Virus record (IMG/VR): IMGVR_UViG_3300020379_000574 | Coordinates: 1 to 44,498 of that record | Length of the DNA stretch: 44,498 bases | Strand: one strand, 5' to 3' | Source of the DNA: a virus | Lineage: Duplodnaviria; Caudoviricetes | In this document: in pieces, positions 18,101 through 27,988 of the stretch | Layout: the number at the start of each line of letters is the position of its first letter | Numbering within the stretch: position 1 is the first letter of the stretch | Notes under the pieces: model-generated | What the model was told of the DNA's origin: nothing | Databases searched by the model: none | Seen by the model: only the letters and a program-made list of their open reading frames with translations | Program-made: the position numbers and the translations under genes

Positions 18101-19592
18101 TTCCTGCAGCAATTGTTTGTACAAATGTAACATCTTGTAGGATATGTGCATCAACTGTTAAAGTAGTTGGAAGTGTTAGATCTACTGGAGATACTGATAA
18201 AACATCTCCTGGAGCATATCCATTACCACCACTAGAAATTGAAATACTATTAACAACTCCAAGTTCACCAACTGTATATTCAAAATCATCAGCAGGATCT
18301 CCATATGCAGGTCCAAATTGAATATTTGCAGTACCTGCTAATTCTGCATCTTGATCTAGGACAACAACATTCTGTTCTGTGTCAACATCATCAACTAGTA
18401 CACCTGTACCAATAGTACCAGTTCCACTTACAAAGTATACTGTTTGACCAACTTCAATTCCAGTTAAACTTGAAAATCCTGTTAGTTCATTAGGAACTCC
18501 TGTATTAAATGTTAATTCAGCAGCACCAGCAACTGTTGGATTTGCTGATAATGTAAGTTGAGTTGAACTATCAATAGAAGCAACAGTTGTACCTGCTGCT
18601 AAATCACCAGGACCATCATCAACGATAACAATTGCACCAGCAAGAATACCAGCTGTATCTGCAACAGTAATTTGTGCAGAAGATGTTGATAGAGTAGTAG
18701 TAACCTCATCAACTACTCCACCAATACCAATATTACTAAATGTGGATGTATTTCCTGGTAATGTTAAAACATCTCCTGTTTGATATCCAGATCCATAGTT
18801 AACAATTTGAATTTCTGTAATTTTACTTGGACTTGATGTAACAGTAAATTGGAATCCACTACCACCAGGAATAGTTGCAGTAAGAACATCTCCTTGATTG
18901 TATCCAGTTCCACCAGTAAATACTGGGTTAACTACACCTCCATTAACTACTTCTAGGTTAACAGTAGCACCGCTACCACCACCTGATACTGCTAAGTCAG
19001 CATAAGAACCATTTGCGTATCCACTACCAGGATTTGTAACTACACCAAGAATACCAGCAACGTCGAAATCTACAATAGCACCAGTACCAGTAGCACTACC
19101 AGCTAATTCAATTCCTTCATATGTACCTACACTATATCCTTCACCAGTATCTGTAATAGATCCTTCAAAACCAACAACAACGATATTACCAGTAGCTGAT
19201 AAACCACTACCACCAACTAAAGGAACACCTTGAAAAGATCCAACATCATATCCAGATCCATCATTAGTAATGCCAATTCCTGAATTTGTTAGAATCTTCT
19301 GTCTAATTAAAAAATCTTTGAAAGAAACAACTCTTTCTTCTGTAAAATCAAGAACGTTTTTGTTTTCTGAAACAAATCCAAATCCTGACAGGGATGATCT
19401 ATAAAAACCAACAGAGTCATTATTAGTAAAAGATAAACTTGGTGTTGTTACAGTTCCATCACCAAGTTTTAAGTTACCTGTAGCTAAATCAGATCCACCT
19501 GCACTGATGTTAAAAATCTGTGTACCAATTTGGTTAATCTTGACCCTTTGCTGCTCAAAGGTATCAGTGCGTGCGACATTAATTGATGGCAT
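15129..19592 (-). CDS. Large virion structural protein (1487 aa), probable baseplate-attached fibre/connector
   Basis: N-terminal VARTDTFEQQRVKIN helix, many GxGY repeats, two P.G....R/K....G.IR(F/Y)NT....EGY....W..LGGV.D.D repeats, and one CBM-like module. Confidence 0.8.
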   Translation of the reverse strand: MPSINVARTDTFEQQRVKINQIGTQIFNISAGGSDLATGNLKLGDGTVTTPSLSFTNNDSVGFYRSSLSGFGFVSENKNVLDFTEERVVSFKDFLIRQKILTNSGIGITNDGSGYDVGSFQGVPLVGGSGLSATGNIVVVGFEGSITDTGEGYSVGTYEGIELAGSATGTGAIVDFDVAGILGVVTNPGSGYANGSYADLAVSGGGSGATVNLEVVNGGVVNPVFTGGTGYNQGDVLTATIPGGSGFQFTVTSSPSKITEIQIVNYGSGYQTGDVLTLPGNTSTFSNIGIGGVVDEVTTTLSTSSAQITVADTAGILAGAIVIVDDGPGDLAAGTTVASIDSSTQLTLSANPTVAGAAELTFNTGVPNELTGFSSLTGIEVGQTVYFVSGTGTIGTGVLVDDVDTEQNVVVLDQDAELAGTANIQFGPAYGDPADDFEYTVGELGVVNSISISSGGNGYAPGDVLSVSPVDLTLPTTLTVDAHILQDVTFVQTIAAGTLSVGDNVFIPAGSVLAPITVQSSSDIVGEADAVYTVTAAGATGTGAQFRITRSGTGEVDTVEVLQGGSGYDANEILTIDGSDVGGSDGDDNVDLSITSVSDESDLIRVDKVEEAGGNIVKVCLRVSESGDLVPGQSLVKESTTTPVYAAATVADSYTKFCIDNSLHPSLTLYSGNTYIFDLAGASGQGFALSEFADGNNPPSRIEGVTTTLTALSNTFTVNSATGLLVGMQVSVAGGSGGLAPNTLVTEISGTTITVNQPATVTGLAVLTFSGYEYVDSVTRTTNTLKIRISDDTPDLYYYSTTPGYENYGGDDGSEGLLTTSNSNPKVFGSGATFSITSVQSTDIITSDVESGAFNAQEITGSSLNASTATISTINVTTINGSDINASTITATNDLTINTGASTLIQSGNFDVGGYLQVTGTDGNLTTSGIIKTTNKFSSNDKLEISENKISTVPGQPLLIEPGGQAELVKVISTSALIVPSGDNNQRPLAGENGAIRFNTVTNQYEGYSENSTSWSSLGGVRDLDGNTYILAEASVGANDNTLYFYNDGVNTLKVTPEYQEFVNVKKIRSGNVSAPAYQEWIANAPATLGEYLKYRNNIYEVTTAGTTATSGNEPIHTSGASTNGSAVLTFWGSAVASLTFEEIDELRIDPLGFTDLVVNNELRLSVNEISTTTNDLQLRPNTGQKVTIDAVTSLVIPVGDNNSKGNAAQGSIRYNTDDSQFEGYNGAQWGGLGGVKDIDQDTYIQAESAPGADEDILSFFNANNNTLQVNSTQLEFHTIDTIASMSTNELNLDANTITFSTLDTTLDNTDTASTFLFSTKENFDLGLSSGLNTDPLLRLTDTGDIYYNLGFGTGTYSGVKLFDTDLKVMELADYKVVTNDVSLERGGVATGSSNLHNANTETASKVSLVAHNTTTGDKEFIEFSVITKGSDVYYTEIGNVVTGATLIGSATFDINASNEARITFVLDTNLANGDDVSVTTVAHVIK

Positions 19593-19785
19593 TTTTTACT
19601 AACTCTCTCAGTAGGGACTTGATTTCAGAGACCTCAGTCTTCAACATATTTATGTCCTCCAACGCGGAACCAAGCTGTTTTGACTTACGTCTTGCAAGTA
19701 TTGCAGAATCGTTCAAATTGATGATGGCACCAGTGTTTTGGTCTCTTACGAGACCATCATGTCCTTCGACTTTAATATGTTCCAT
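19579..19785 (-). CDS. Small hypothetical protein (68 aa)
   Basis: KVEGHDGLVRD...GAIIN followed by a C-terminal coiled coil. This kind of ORF typically follows the DUF4815 gene in T4-like cyanophages. It overlaps the next start by 14 nt. Confidence 0.8.
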   Translation of the reverse strand: MEHIKVEGHDGLVRDQNTGAIINLNDSAILARRKSKQLGSALEDINMLKTEVSEIKSLLRELVKNAIN

Positions 19786-19794
19786 ACGCGGAAG

Positions 19795-22700
19795 TTAAAA
19801 TGCTGCTACTGCTCTGATGTCTTGAATCTTAGGTACATATGCAGGATCTACTCCTTTCATTACAATTTTGATTGCGAATGAAGAATATTCAGGTAAATTA
19901 TCTACAGTATATTCAAGATCTTGATATGCAGTTTGTTTCTCTACAATACCAGAAATGGTGTTTTCACTGCTTGCAATTTTAAATACATCTGGTTCTCCTT
20001 TCTCGTTGAAGTATACCCAATCGATATCTTCAAAGTTTTCTTGACTAGATGCTCTCTTGAACTTATAGAACACTTCAACATTAGAAATGTCTTTAACATT
20101 TGCTAAGAGATGAACGTTAATTGCAGTTGCTGGATTAGTAATAGAAACTTCTTTGGTTACATACTTGGCAGATGAAGAACCATTCTTGGATGTATCTTCA
20201 GCAACAAAGTCCAAACCATTTGTGTATGTTACTTTTCCAACCTCAAGATATGCATTTTCTACATCTGGTTGATTTGGATACTTAACAAAATCACCTACAC
20301 GGAAGATATCTGCTAGTTGATCTGCTGTAACAGCATTTCTATTATAGAAAACATTATCAATAATCTTACCAGTAAAATCATCATTAATAGGATGAACATC
20401 AACTCTTAGAGTTAGTTTCTGTGTTTCACTATTCCATATAGTTGCCTTACCTGTGATAAGATTATCATATGTTTCCAACATAATATTTGGATTACGTGCA
20501 ACAATTGTTGCAGCATCATTAATAGATGTTAATACTTGTGAAGGTGTAGAATCAACTACTACGTTAGTAAGAGATAATTGGTTTCCTAAAGTTACAGTTT
20601 CACCTTTTTGGAAGAACTGTGTTGTCTTAACTCTTACATAAACAGTATCACTATCTACTCTTGCAATAGTTCCAGTAGTTTTAGTTGTCAAACCTTTGAT
20701 AGTTTGATTATCTTGAATTGCTGTACCACCCTGTCCTGAAAGTCGGAAAGCATAAACTGGATAGAACTCGATAATTTGATCTCTTCTACCAAATCTATCT
20801 TCCTGACCTATAGCATTTTCAATTCTATTACTTACTGTTTTGACAGTAGCAGTAGAAAGATCAATAATTGGACTTAAATGAGACACAGTAGACGATAGAG
20901 TCATCTTGTATCTCAATGAATCTGACAAATTATTAAGTGTTTCATTAATATCAGAAGCAATCATCTTCTGATTTGTAAAGTAATGTGCTTCATTCAAGAA
21001 AGTTTTTTCGTAATCCGTTTGAGAATATGAAGTGTAATTAGTTGTACTTGAATCTACTGGTATAACATTTGTAGTTTTGACCTCTGTTGATAAGGTAGTT
21101 CCTGTAAATGAGAGATAAGAAACTTGTGGATATAGAGTTTCAAACTTTCTATTGAAAGTAGAATAAACAGTATCACCACCACCAACACCATTTCCAGCAG
21201 CTTGTCCTGAAGAAGTGATATTGTACACATCAACACCAGAATTAGTTACTTTGAATAGTGTATTATTCAAAATACTGTCAGTAATACCAGATGTCTCTCT
21301 AGCAGTTCTATAGAAAACATAGGAATTTCCAGTTGTTTCAAACCCATTATCCCTGTGACTCACTTTTAATATAGAGTTGTTATTTTTAAATAACTTAGAT
21401 GTTGAATTTGTATTTGCACTAGCATTTGTTTCAAATGGGTTATTGTTCAATAACTCATAACCTAAACTAGAATTCTTGAGTAGAAGTTCTGCAGATCTTG
21501 TAATATTAAACTCAGCACGGTACATAGTAAATTTAAGATCTTCAAATATATCTTCAGTCCAACTTTCAGTATTCTGAGAACGATATACAGAACCTAGAGA
21601 TGGTTGGGTTGTAATAACTGTGCTAGTAGCAATATCAGTATCACCAAGTTTAGAAGACCATAATTCATAATCAATAGAATCTGTTTCAACTACCAGAGCA
21701 TACTCTGTATCATTTTGTAGATATACAGGATTATCAAAGGCAAAATGTGATGGTGTAGTAGATGGCGTAGCATCCCCCGAATCAACTGCTACACCCATCC
21801 TAACGGCAGGTGTGTCTATATCGATAAAGGTTTGAATTTCACAACCTCCAGCACCGTTACCAACACCTTTGATGACAACTGAAGGTGCCTCTGTATATCC
21901 AAAACCAGATAGTGAGATTTCAGCATTGTAAATTTCACCATTAGACACTTCAATACTTGCAGTAGCATTAGAACCACCAGGAAGTTGAGGACTTTCAATA
22001 GTTAGAATTGCACTGTCATAATTCTGACCAGTGTTAGTAATTCTAATATCTGATAATTTACCACTATCTTTTGCAACAGAAAGAACAAAATCTGTACCAC
22101 CTGTATCATTAGCAAGAGTTACAGATGGAATAACTAGATCTTCATTTTGAATGAAGGATCTACCATTATGATTGCTAAGAACTACAGTGTAAACTTGCTC
22201 ATTAGTTAAACTGTATCTACCAGACGCAGTAGCTACTAATTCTACATTGTTCTTATCAAATACTTTAAGAATAGGACCAGATGCAGCAGAAGATGCACCA
22301 GTTACACTTTCTCCTTTGTATATCGACATGGTTCCACTAGCGAAACACTTGAGGATTGTGTTTGGAGATAGAGTTTTTTCAGAACCAGGAACAATATTTT
22401 TAGCAGGTTTTTCTGCATCAACATTAGTGATGTATGTTTTGACTGGTACATTTGTACTCTTCTTATTAAAGTAGAGATCAACACCAGTGATAAAACAACC
22501 ACCATCCAAATTTTCAACCTTAAATGTTTGAGCTAATGGATTAGGTCTTACAGGATTATCAGTATTACTATCAATTAACTGTACACCTTCGTTAGATTTA
22601 AAGGTAGATGGTTTTGTTGATACGATACTAGAAGGATTCTCTGGTAAAATACCAGTAGCATAATACTTAACTTCAGTGTAAGTATCTACACCTGTTTTTT

Positions 22701-25700
22701 CTGCATTGGTTGAACTAGAAGTAAATCTAAATGTCAGTGTACCCGCAGTAAAGTTCAACTCTTCTGCAGATGTATCATATGATACAGTATCTACATCCCC
22801 AGACCAAGTTGCATTTTCTAGTGGTGGTAGACCAGCAGGCAATATAATCAATCCACTAGCATTACCATATTCATCTGTAGTAATAGATCCATTAAATGCT
22901 GATAGAGAGTTTCCTGCAATACCAGTATATCTAAGGTCAGGATTTACCCAACGAGAAATATCTCTTCCTTCGAGGAAAACATAGATCTTGGTATTTGGTT
23001 TCATTCTGCCAATAGTAAATTTGACAGGAACACTTCTAGCAAAGAATGATAGAGATGTTGCTACAATATTATCTCCAACACTCTTAGTTTGTACACCTTT
23101 ACCAACTTCATTGTTCTTTGGACTGATATTTGAAGAACTTCCTACAGATGCAGAAGCTACACTAGTTTTTGCAACATCAGAATTTACTTCTCCAAGAGAA
23201 TTAATAGATGTAAACGAACTAGATGCACCAACCCAGTTAACAACAAAAGAGTTATGTAAACTAGATAAACTTTCTTTTACATCTTCCTTTGCTAAGAAAA
23301 TGTTGAATAGATCTGTGTTAGTATCTACAACTACAGGTTCAACACTTTGATCATACCATTGATCAATCGAAGGAGATAATTCACTATCTCCAACATACTG
23401 AAGAACAACAAATGGATTTGGATTTACTTTAGAAGAAGCAAAACTATTACCTAATAGAGAAAGATTCTTATATGGCAATGTAATCATATTACCAGTTTTC
23501 GTATATCCAGAAACAGTTCTCTGATCGTCTCTGATATTTACTTCTGATAGATTAATAGAATCTTCTTTGGATTGTGGTCTTAATACAGATTGCTGTGAAT
23601 CAATGGCACATCTATAATCAAGAGATTGTAAGTTTCCAATTTTATGTGCTTCAAAATTATCTACAAAGAATCCTGATTTGAATCTATCCAATCCAATCTC
23701 ATCCTTGACCTGCATATTAAGAGCTTGCTGCTCTAAAATACTAAGTGTAGTATAATACTCAAGACGCTCAATACGCTTCTCTAACTTACCGATGTCACGC
23801 ATTGTGTAACGACGGTTATCAACAGAAGTTACTCTAACATCCTTACTGGTAGTAGTAAATGCTGGAATGTAAGCATAGAAGAGAGGTACAGCATCCTCAA
23901 TAGGATCTGGTTTAGATGGATTGAGTGAAGAGTTACCTTCTTTGACGATAAAGTTTCCTTTCTTGTCTAGGAAGATACCATCAATACGATCTAGATATTG
24001 CTTCTGACTAAAGGAGAATGTATACTCTAGATTTCTATCTGGTGCAGGTGTACTAGTAATGATAGCACCAGCACCAGAGAAAGATCCTTCTGTAACTTCT
24101 AATGATGATGTATCAAGGAAACCAGGAATAATTGCTTGACTATCTACTTTTGGTCTAAAGTCAATAACGTTTTTTAATTGTGTAATACCTAAAACAGAAG
24201 AATCAAAAGATGGAATTTCATCTTCTGGAATTCCTGCTTCATGTAGATAACTATCGATAGTACAGAAATCACCCTGAGAATGTTCAAAGTAATCGAAAGC
24301 AATAACAAGTTGACCTGTGGTTGCTTCAAATCCAGGTTTTAGAACAATACGTGAAACATCATAAATTGTATCTCTTTGTCCACTATCAAATGTATATCTT
24401 GATGATACATCAGTACCAGAGATTAGATTACCAGCAGTATCAATTTGAGGTGGTTGAGATGAAGTTCCCTCATAAACATATTTGAGTTTGAATGCATCAG
24501 AATATGATAGAATTTCTACAACCTCTGTATCATAATCTGTTCCTCTTAGAGGTACAACACGGTCACCAGCAGATGTAACTGTAATTCTCTTATTTCTTAT
24601 TACAGTTTTTAACCTTGGTTTTGCGTTAGATACTTCTAGAGTCGCAGTAAGTTTTAATTTAGGGTAGGTTCCATTAGTAGGAATAGTTCCAAAATAATTT
24701 GATGGTAACTGTAAACTAATACTACCAGATGTAAGACCACTTGCAGTATCAGTAGAAGAAGTAACTTCAACAGCATCCTCTGCAATATAAATGATATCAC
24801 CCTTTACAATATCAGGTGCATCACCAGGATCCAAAACAGTAACAATATAATTATCTTCAGTAAATGCAGCAAATCTTTGTGTACCAAATGGTAATTGAGC
24901 TGCGAATGTAATAATACCACCACCACTAGATGCTGTAGTTACAAAATCTCTACGGAAATAATACTTGATCTTAGTATCATCACCACCAGCAGAAACTTGA
25001 GAAACTTGCTTGCTTCCAGTAGAGAATAGGAGTGTGCCACTTGTAGAATTGGATACTACAGGACGCAATCTCACAATACTTGCATTTGTCACTGCTCCTG
25101 GTAAAGCAGTATCTAAATAAATTCTTGACTTATAAGCACCTTCTTGCTTAGTACCATATTGTACAATTGAACGAACTAGGTTATTGTTATCATCAGAGAA
25201 TTGAACTAAATCACCCTGTTGAATAGATTGAGATGCATCTGCACTAAAACTTGTAGATTCTAAGAATAAAGATCCTTTTGATCCAAAGAAAGTATAATCT
25301 GTTACAGTTTTAATTTCAGAATACTTCTGACTATCAACTACAACATCAGCACTAAATTTATTTTCTTTACCTGCACCAAAACTAGAACCCAATGACTTAA
25401 CGTTTTGTGGGGCATATGTAGTTACTGTATCTCTATACAAAATTGGTACAATACTTGCACCAGCATTTGGTGCTCCAGCAGCATCTGGATTTTTTGCACT
25501 AACTGCAGGTGGTTGTGCATATTCAATGTTAACAGAAGATCTATTAGCTACAGATGCTTTATAAATTTTACCATCTGCAGTTTTCTCTACAGTAATCTTA
25601 GAAGAATCATACTCAAGACCATTAATCAATAAAGATACACCATCTGCATATCCCAATCCTCTATTTGCAACAATAAAGTGAGAGATAGTATTCTCTCTAG

Positions 25701-27885
25701 CAATTCTTACAGTATTTCCATCTTCATCTCTGATTGTCTCACCAGATTTAAACTTACCAGATAATGTCTTAACGAATAAAAGGTTACCAGTAGTATAAAC
25801 ACCTGCAGGTGATCCTTCTACAACACCATATGCTCCACTCTCAACACCAAATACATATTTACCTGCATCATATCCTGAGGGAATACTTTCTAGAACAATT
25901 TTAGTGAAGAATTGAGGATCGATATAAGAAAATCCAAACGTTGCATTATATGCAGAAGTTCCTGCAGCTAATCTTCCCTTAGAAAGAATAATGTCAGAAT
26001 CAGAATTAAAACCAGAACCTCTGTTTTGTAGTACAAAGTTACTAGGTTTTACTTTACCAATAACAGGAGTAATTGTTGGAGAGTAATCAACAATAAATCC
26101 AAATTCATCACCATCATCTAATTGTGCTTCATTTTCTGTTAGGAAAATTTTTCTTAAATACGCAGCATCAGATAGATCATACTCAAGTAACAATAATTCT
26201 AATTCATCTTTGTCACCAGTTACAGTTAATTCTAGATATTGTACTGATTCAGAAGAGTTAACTAAAGGTTTTGGTGTAGTTGAGAATGCTAGAGTTTTGA
26301 AAGATCCAATTGATGTAGGAGATCCTAGATCACTTTTTGTCTTGATATAATATAGAGTTCCAAATGTAGTTTGGAAATTTGCATCAGTTACAGAACCAAT
26401 AAGTTGAGTTGTGCTTGTAATTTGTAGAGCAATAGTTTTAATACCATCATTGGCATTAAACGAAATACCTCTCCTATCAACTGTTTGTTTGTGATCTGAA
26501 GTTAATTCTGTATTGTTTAAACCAATAGAACCATCATTAAATGTAGAATATAAGAATACATCAGGATATGCAGTTAAATCAGATCCTTCCTTATTCAAAG
26601 GAACGCTACCATATACATTGGTAATACTGTAAGATGGTAAACCTCTAGTTTTAAGAGTTACGTTATCGGAAGATAAACTTTCTCTTGCCTTATTAATTTC
26701 TAGATACTTAGTTTCTTTATTAACAATCTCATAACCTTTAATATATGCTTTACCAGGACCAATACTAGCAACCATCTTTCTGGATGCTTGATCTCCAGTT
26801 AGATTATTATAAAGACCAAAATCGTCTGCACCATAGAAACCTCTATTTCCATCCTTTTGTGCCCATTCTCTGACATCTACACTAAAGTTCTCTACAATAT
26901 AATCACCTGATTCATCAAATGTTCTACGTGCTAAAGTTTGCTCAATAACACTAAAATCTGTAGAAGATACTTTACTCTGTACTTGTCCCTTAGAGATAGT
27001 TAGTAATTGAATAAAGTTTTTATCTGTAATTGCATTTAGAGCAAATTCTTTCAAACTCAATGAAATTTTGAGTCGATGAGCTCCAGGTGCAGTATAGTTA
27101 GAAGAACCAATTGCATTATCATATAGAGATGCATCTTCTTCTGGAGATACAACCTCTTCTTTGATAGTAAAACCAACTTTTGCAGATGGTTTATCATAAT
27201 ATTCTTCAACGACCAATAATTCTTGATCACATCTAACAAAATAACCATTGACAAAGTAAATACCTTCTTCTACCTTAACAGCAGAACCAAATCCCATTGC
27301 AGGACTTTCTAAAGAAGTAGTTTCATCAGTATCTGGATTTGTTACTTGAATACTGGTAGGTAGAACACTACCATCAGTACCAACAACTAAAAGTGGTGTG
27401 TTAACACCATCGATAACTTCTAATGTTTCACCTTGACGGAACGTAGATTCTGTGTTAGAACTACCACTATTAATATAATTTACATATAAAGTATCAGAAG
27501 TAGATTCGGTTGCAAGTTTAGTAGCAAGAATAGTAGCTTTGACTCCAGAAGTCAAACCATTCAATTGCTTTCCTATCAACTGTGAAATATCATACTTTCT
27601 ATAAACAATATCATCTCCTTCTGAAATTGCAACCTCAGAAACAGATGATAACTTAACGTAATCTAATTTTGTATTAAGACCAACCTCACCAGGAATTACT
27701 AGTTCACCTTGCTTAAAGGCATACTTACCAAAACTTTCAACCTGATTCTGAAGAATAGATTGAACTTGTGTTAATTCTCTACCTTGAATAGAGTAACCAG
27801 GACGGAATAGAATCTTATAAAAATTCTTACTTGCGTCAAAGTCCTCGTAATAAGGGCTTACATTAAGGTTTGTCTTCTGTGGCAT
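19795..27885 (-). CDS. DUF4815 / VrlC-like large virion structural protein (2696 aa)
   Basis: N-terminal LNVSPYYEDFD..KNFYKILFRPG..IQGRELTQ.QSILQNQ, NYTAPGAHR, and RRYTMRDIGKLEKRIERLEYYTTLS.LE...DRFKSGFFVDNF, with C-terminal FAIKIVM...PKIQDIRAVA. Confidence 0.88.
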   Translation of the reverse strand: MPQKTNLNVSPYYEDFDASKNFYKILFRPGYSIQGRELTQVQSILQNQVESFGKYAFKQGELVIPGEVGLNTKLDYVKLSSVSEVAISEGDDIVYRKYDISQLIGKQLNGLTSGVKATILATKLATESTSDTLYVNYINSGSSNTESTFRQGETLEVIDGVNTPLLVVGTDGSVLPTSIQVTNPDTDETTSLESPAMGFGSAVKVEEGIYFVNGYFVRCDQELLVVEEYYDKPSAKVGFTIKEEVVSPEEDASLYDNAIGSSNYTAPGAHRLKISLSLKEFALNAITDKNFIQLLTISKGQVQSKVSSTDFSVIEQTLARRTFDESGDYIVENFSVDVREWAQKDGNRGFYGADDFGLYNNLTGDQASRKMVASIGPGKAYIKGYEIVNKETKYLEINKARESLSSDNVTLKTRGLPSYSITNVYGSVPLNKEGSDLTAYPDVFLYSTFNDGSIGLNNTELTSDHKQTVDRRGISFNANDGIKTIALQITSTTQLIGSVTDANFQTTFGTLYYIKTKSDLGSPTSIGSFKTLAFSTTPKPLVNSSESVQYLELTVTGDKDELELLLLEYDLSDAAYLRKIFLTENEAQLDDGDEFGFIVDYSPTITPVIGKVKPSNFVLQNRGSGFNSDSDIILSKGRLAAGTSAYNATFGFSYIDPQFFTKIVLESIPSGYDAGKYVFGVESGAYGVVEGSPAGVYTTGNLLFVKTLSGKFKSGETIRDEDGNTVRIARENTISHFIVANRGLGYADGVSLLINGLEYDSSKITVEKTADGKIYKASVANRSSVNIEYAQPPAVSAKNPDAAGAPNAGASIVPILYRDTVTTYAPQNVKSLGSSFGAGKENKFSADVVVDSQKYSEIKTVTDYTFFGSKGSLFLESTSFSADASQSIQQGDLVQFSDDNNNLVRSIVQYGTKQEGAYKSRIYLDTALPGAVTNASIVRLRPVVSNSTSGTLLFSTGSKQVSQVSAGGDDTKIKYYFRRDFVTTASSGGGIITFAAQLPFGTQRFAAFTEDNYIVTVLDPGDAPDIVKGDIIYIAEDAVEVTSSTDTASGLTSGSISLQLPSNYFGTIPTNGTYPKLKLTATLEVSNAKPRLKTVIRNKRITVTSAGDRVVPLRGTDYDTEVVEILSYSDAFKLKYVYEGTSSQPPQIDTAGNLISGTDVSSRYTFDSGQRDTIYDVSRIVLKPGFEATTGQLVIAFDYFEHSQGDFCTIDSYLHEAGIPEDEIPSFDSSVLGITQLKNVIDFRPKVDSQAIIPGFLDTSSLEVTEGSFSGAGAIITSTPAPDRNLEYTFSFSQKQYLDRIDGIFLDKKGNFIVKEGNSSLNPSKPDPIEDAVPLFYAYIPAFTTTSKDVRVTSVDNRRYTMRDIGKLEKRIERLEYYTTLSILEQQALNMQVKDEIGLDRFKSGFFVDNFEAHKIGNLQSLDYRCAIDSQQSVLRPQSKEDSINLSEVNIRDDQRTVSGYTKTGNMITLPYKNLSLLGNSFASSKVNPNPFVVLQYVGDSELSPSIDQWYDQSVEPVVVDTNTDLFNIFLAKEDVKESLSSLHNSFVVNWVGASSSFTSINSLGEVNSDVAKTSVASASVGSSSNISPKNNEVGKGVQTKSVGDNIVATSLSFFARSVPVKFTIGRMKPNTKIYVFLEGRDISRWVNPDLRYTGIAGNSLSAFNGSITTDEYGNASGLIILPAGLPPLENATWSGDVDTVSYDTSAEELNFTAGTLTFRFTSSSTNAEKTGVDTYTEVKYYATGILPENPSSIVSTKPSTFKSNEGVQLIDSNTDNPVRPNPLAQTFKVENLDGGCFITGVDLYFNKKSTNVPVKTYITNVDAEKPAKNIVPGSEKTLSPNTILKCFASGTMSIYKGESVTGASSAASGPILKVFDKNNVELVATASGRYSLTNEQVYTVVLSNHNGRSFIQNEDLVIPSVTLANDTGGTDFVLSVAKDSGKLSDIRITNTGQNYDSAILTIESPQLPGGSNATASIEVSNGEIYNAEISLSGFGYTEAPSVVIKGVGNGAGGCEIQTFIDIDTPAVRMGVAVDSGDATPSTTPSHFAFDNPVYLQNDTEYALVVETDSIDYELWSSKLGDTDIATSTVITTQPSLGSVYRSQNTESWTEDIFEDLKFTMYRAEFNITRSAELLLKNSSLGYELLNNNPFETNASANTNSTSKLFKNNNSILKVSHRDNGFETTGNSYVFYRTARETSGITDSILNNTLFKVTNSGVDVYNITSSGQAAGNGVGGGDTVYSTFNRKFETLYPQVSYLSFTGTTLSTEVKTTNVIPVDSSTTNYTSYSQTDYEKTFLNEAHYFTNQKMIASDINETLNNLSDSLRYKMTLSSTVSHLSPIIDLSTATVKTVSNRIENAIGQEDRFGRRDQIIEFYPVYAFRLSGQGGTAIQDNQTIKGLTTKTTGTIARVDSDTVYVRVKTTQFFQKGETVTLGNQLSLTNVVVDSTPSQVLTSINDAATIVARNPNIMLETYDNLITGKATIWNSETQKLTLRVDVHPINDDFTGKIIDNVFYNRNAVTADQLADIFRVGDFVKYPNQPDVENAYLEVGKVTYTNGLDFVAEDTSKNGSSSAKYVTKEVSITNPATAINVHLLANVKDISNVEVFYKFKRASSQENFEDIDWVYFNEKGEPDVFKIASSENTISGIVEKQTAYQDLEYTVDNLPEYSSFAIKIVMKGVDPAYVPKIQDIRAVAAF

Positions 27886-27923
27886 CGTTTTCCGCCAAAT
27901 ACTAGCATATGCTTTATCCTTAG

Positions 27924-27931
27924 TATTTATA
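27924..27931 (-). promoter_or_regulatory. T4 late promoter TATAAATA (perfect consensus)
   Basis: Plus-strand TATTTATA at 27924-27931, directly after a terminator and about 38 nt upstream of the DUF4815 gene. Confidence 0.8.
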
Positions 27932-27936
27932 GAGAT

Positions 27937-27964
27937 AAAAAAAATCCCCTGATTTCTCAGAGGA
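27937..27964 (-). terminator. Rho-independent terminator after gp8
   Basis: Minus strand reads TCCTCTGA-GAAA-TCAGGGGA-TTTTTTTT: an 8-bp stem with one G:U pair, a GNRA loop and a U8 tract. Confidence 0.88.
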
Positions 27965-27988
27965 CTTATATTTAGTTATATTTTTTAC

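Noticed and set aside
14614-19592. Assigning T4 names gp9, gp10, gp11, gp12 or wac to the genes between gp8 and gp13
   Set aside because: The position fits, but I cannot recognise diagnostic sequence motifs, so symbols were left blank.
19795-27885. Treating the VrlC-like gene as a virulence factor
   Set aside because: The name comes from a phage-derived locus in a bacterium. In this context it is an ordinary large virion structural protein.
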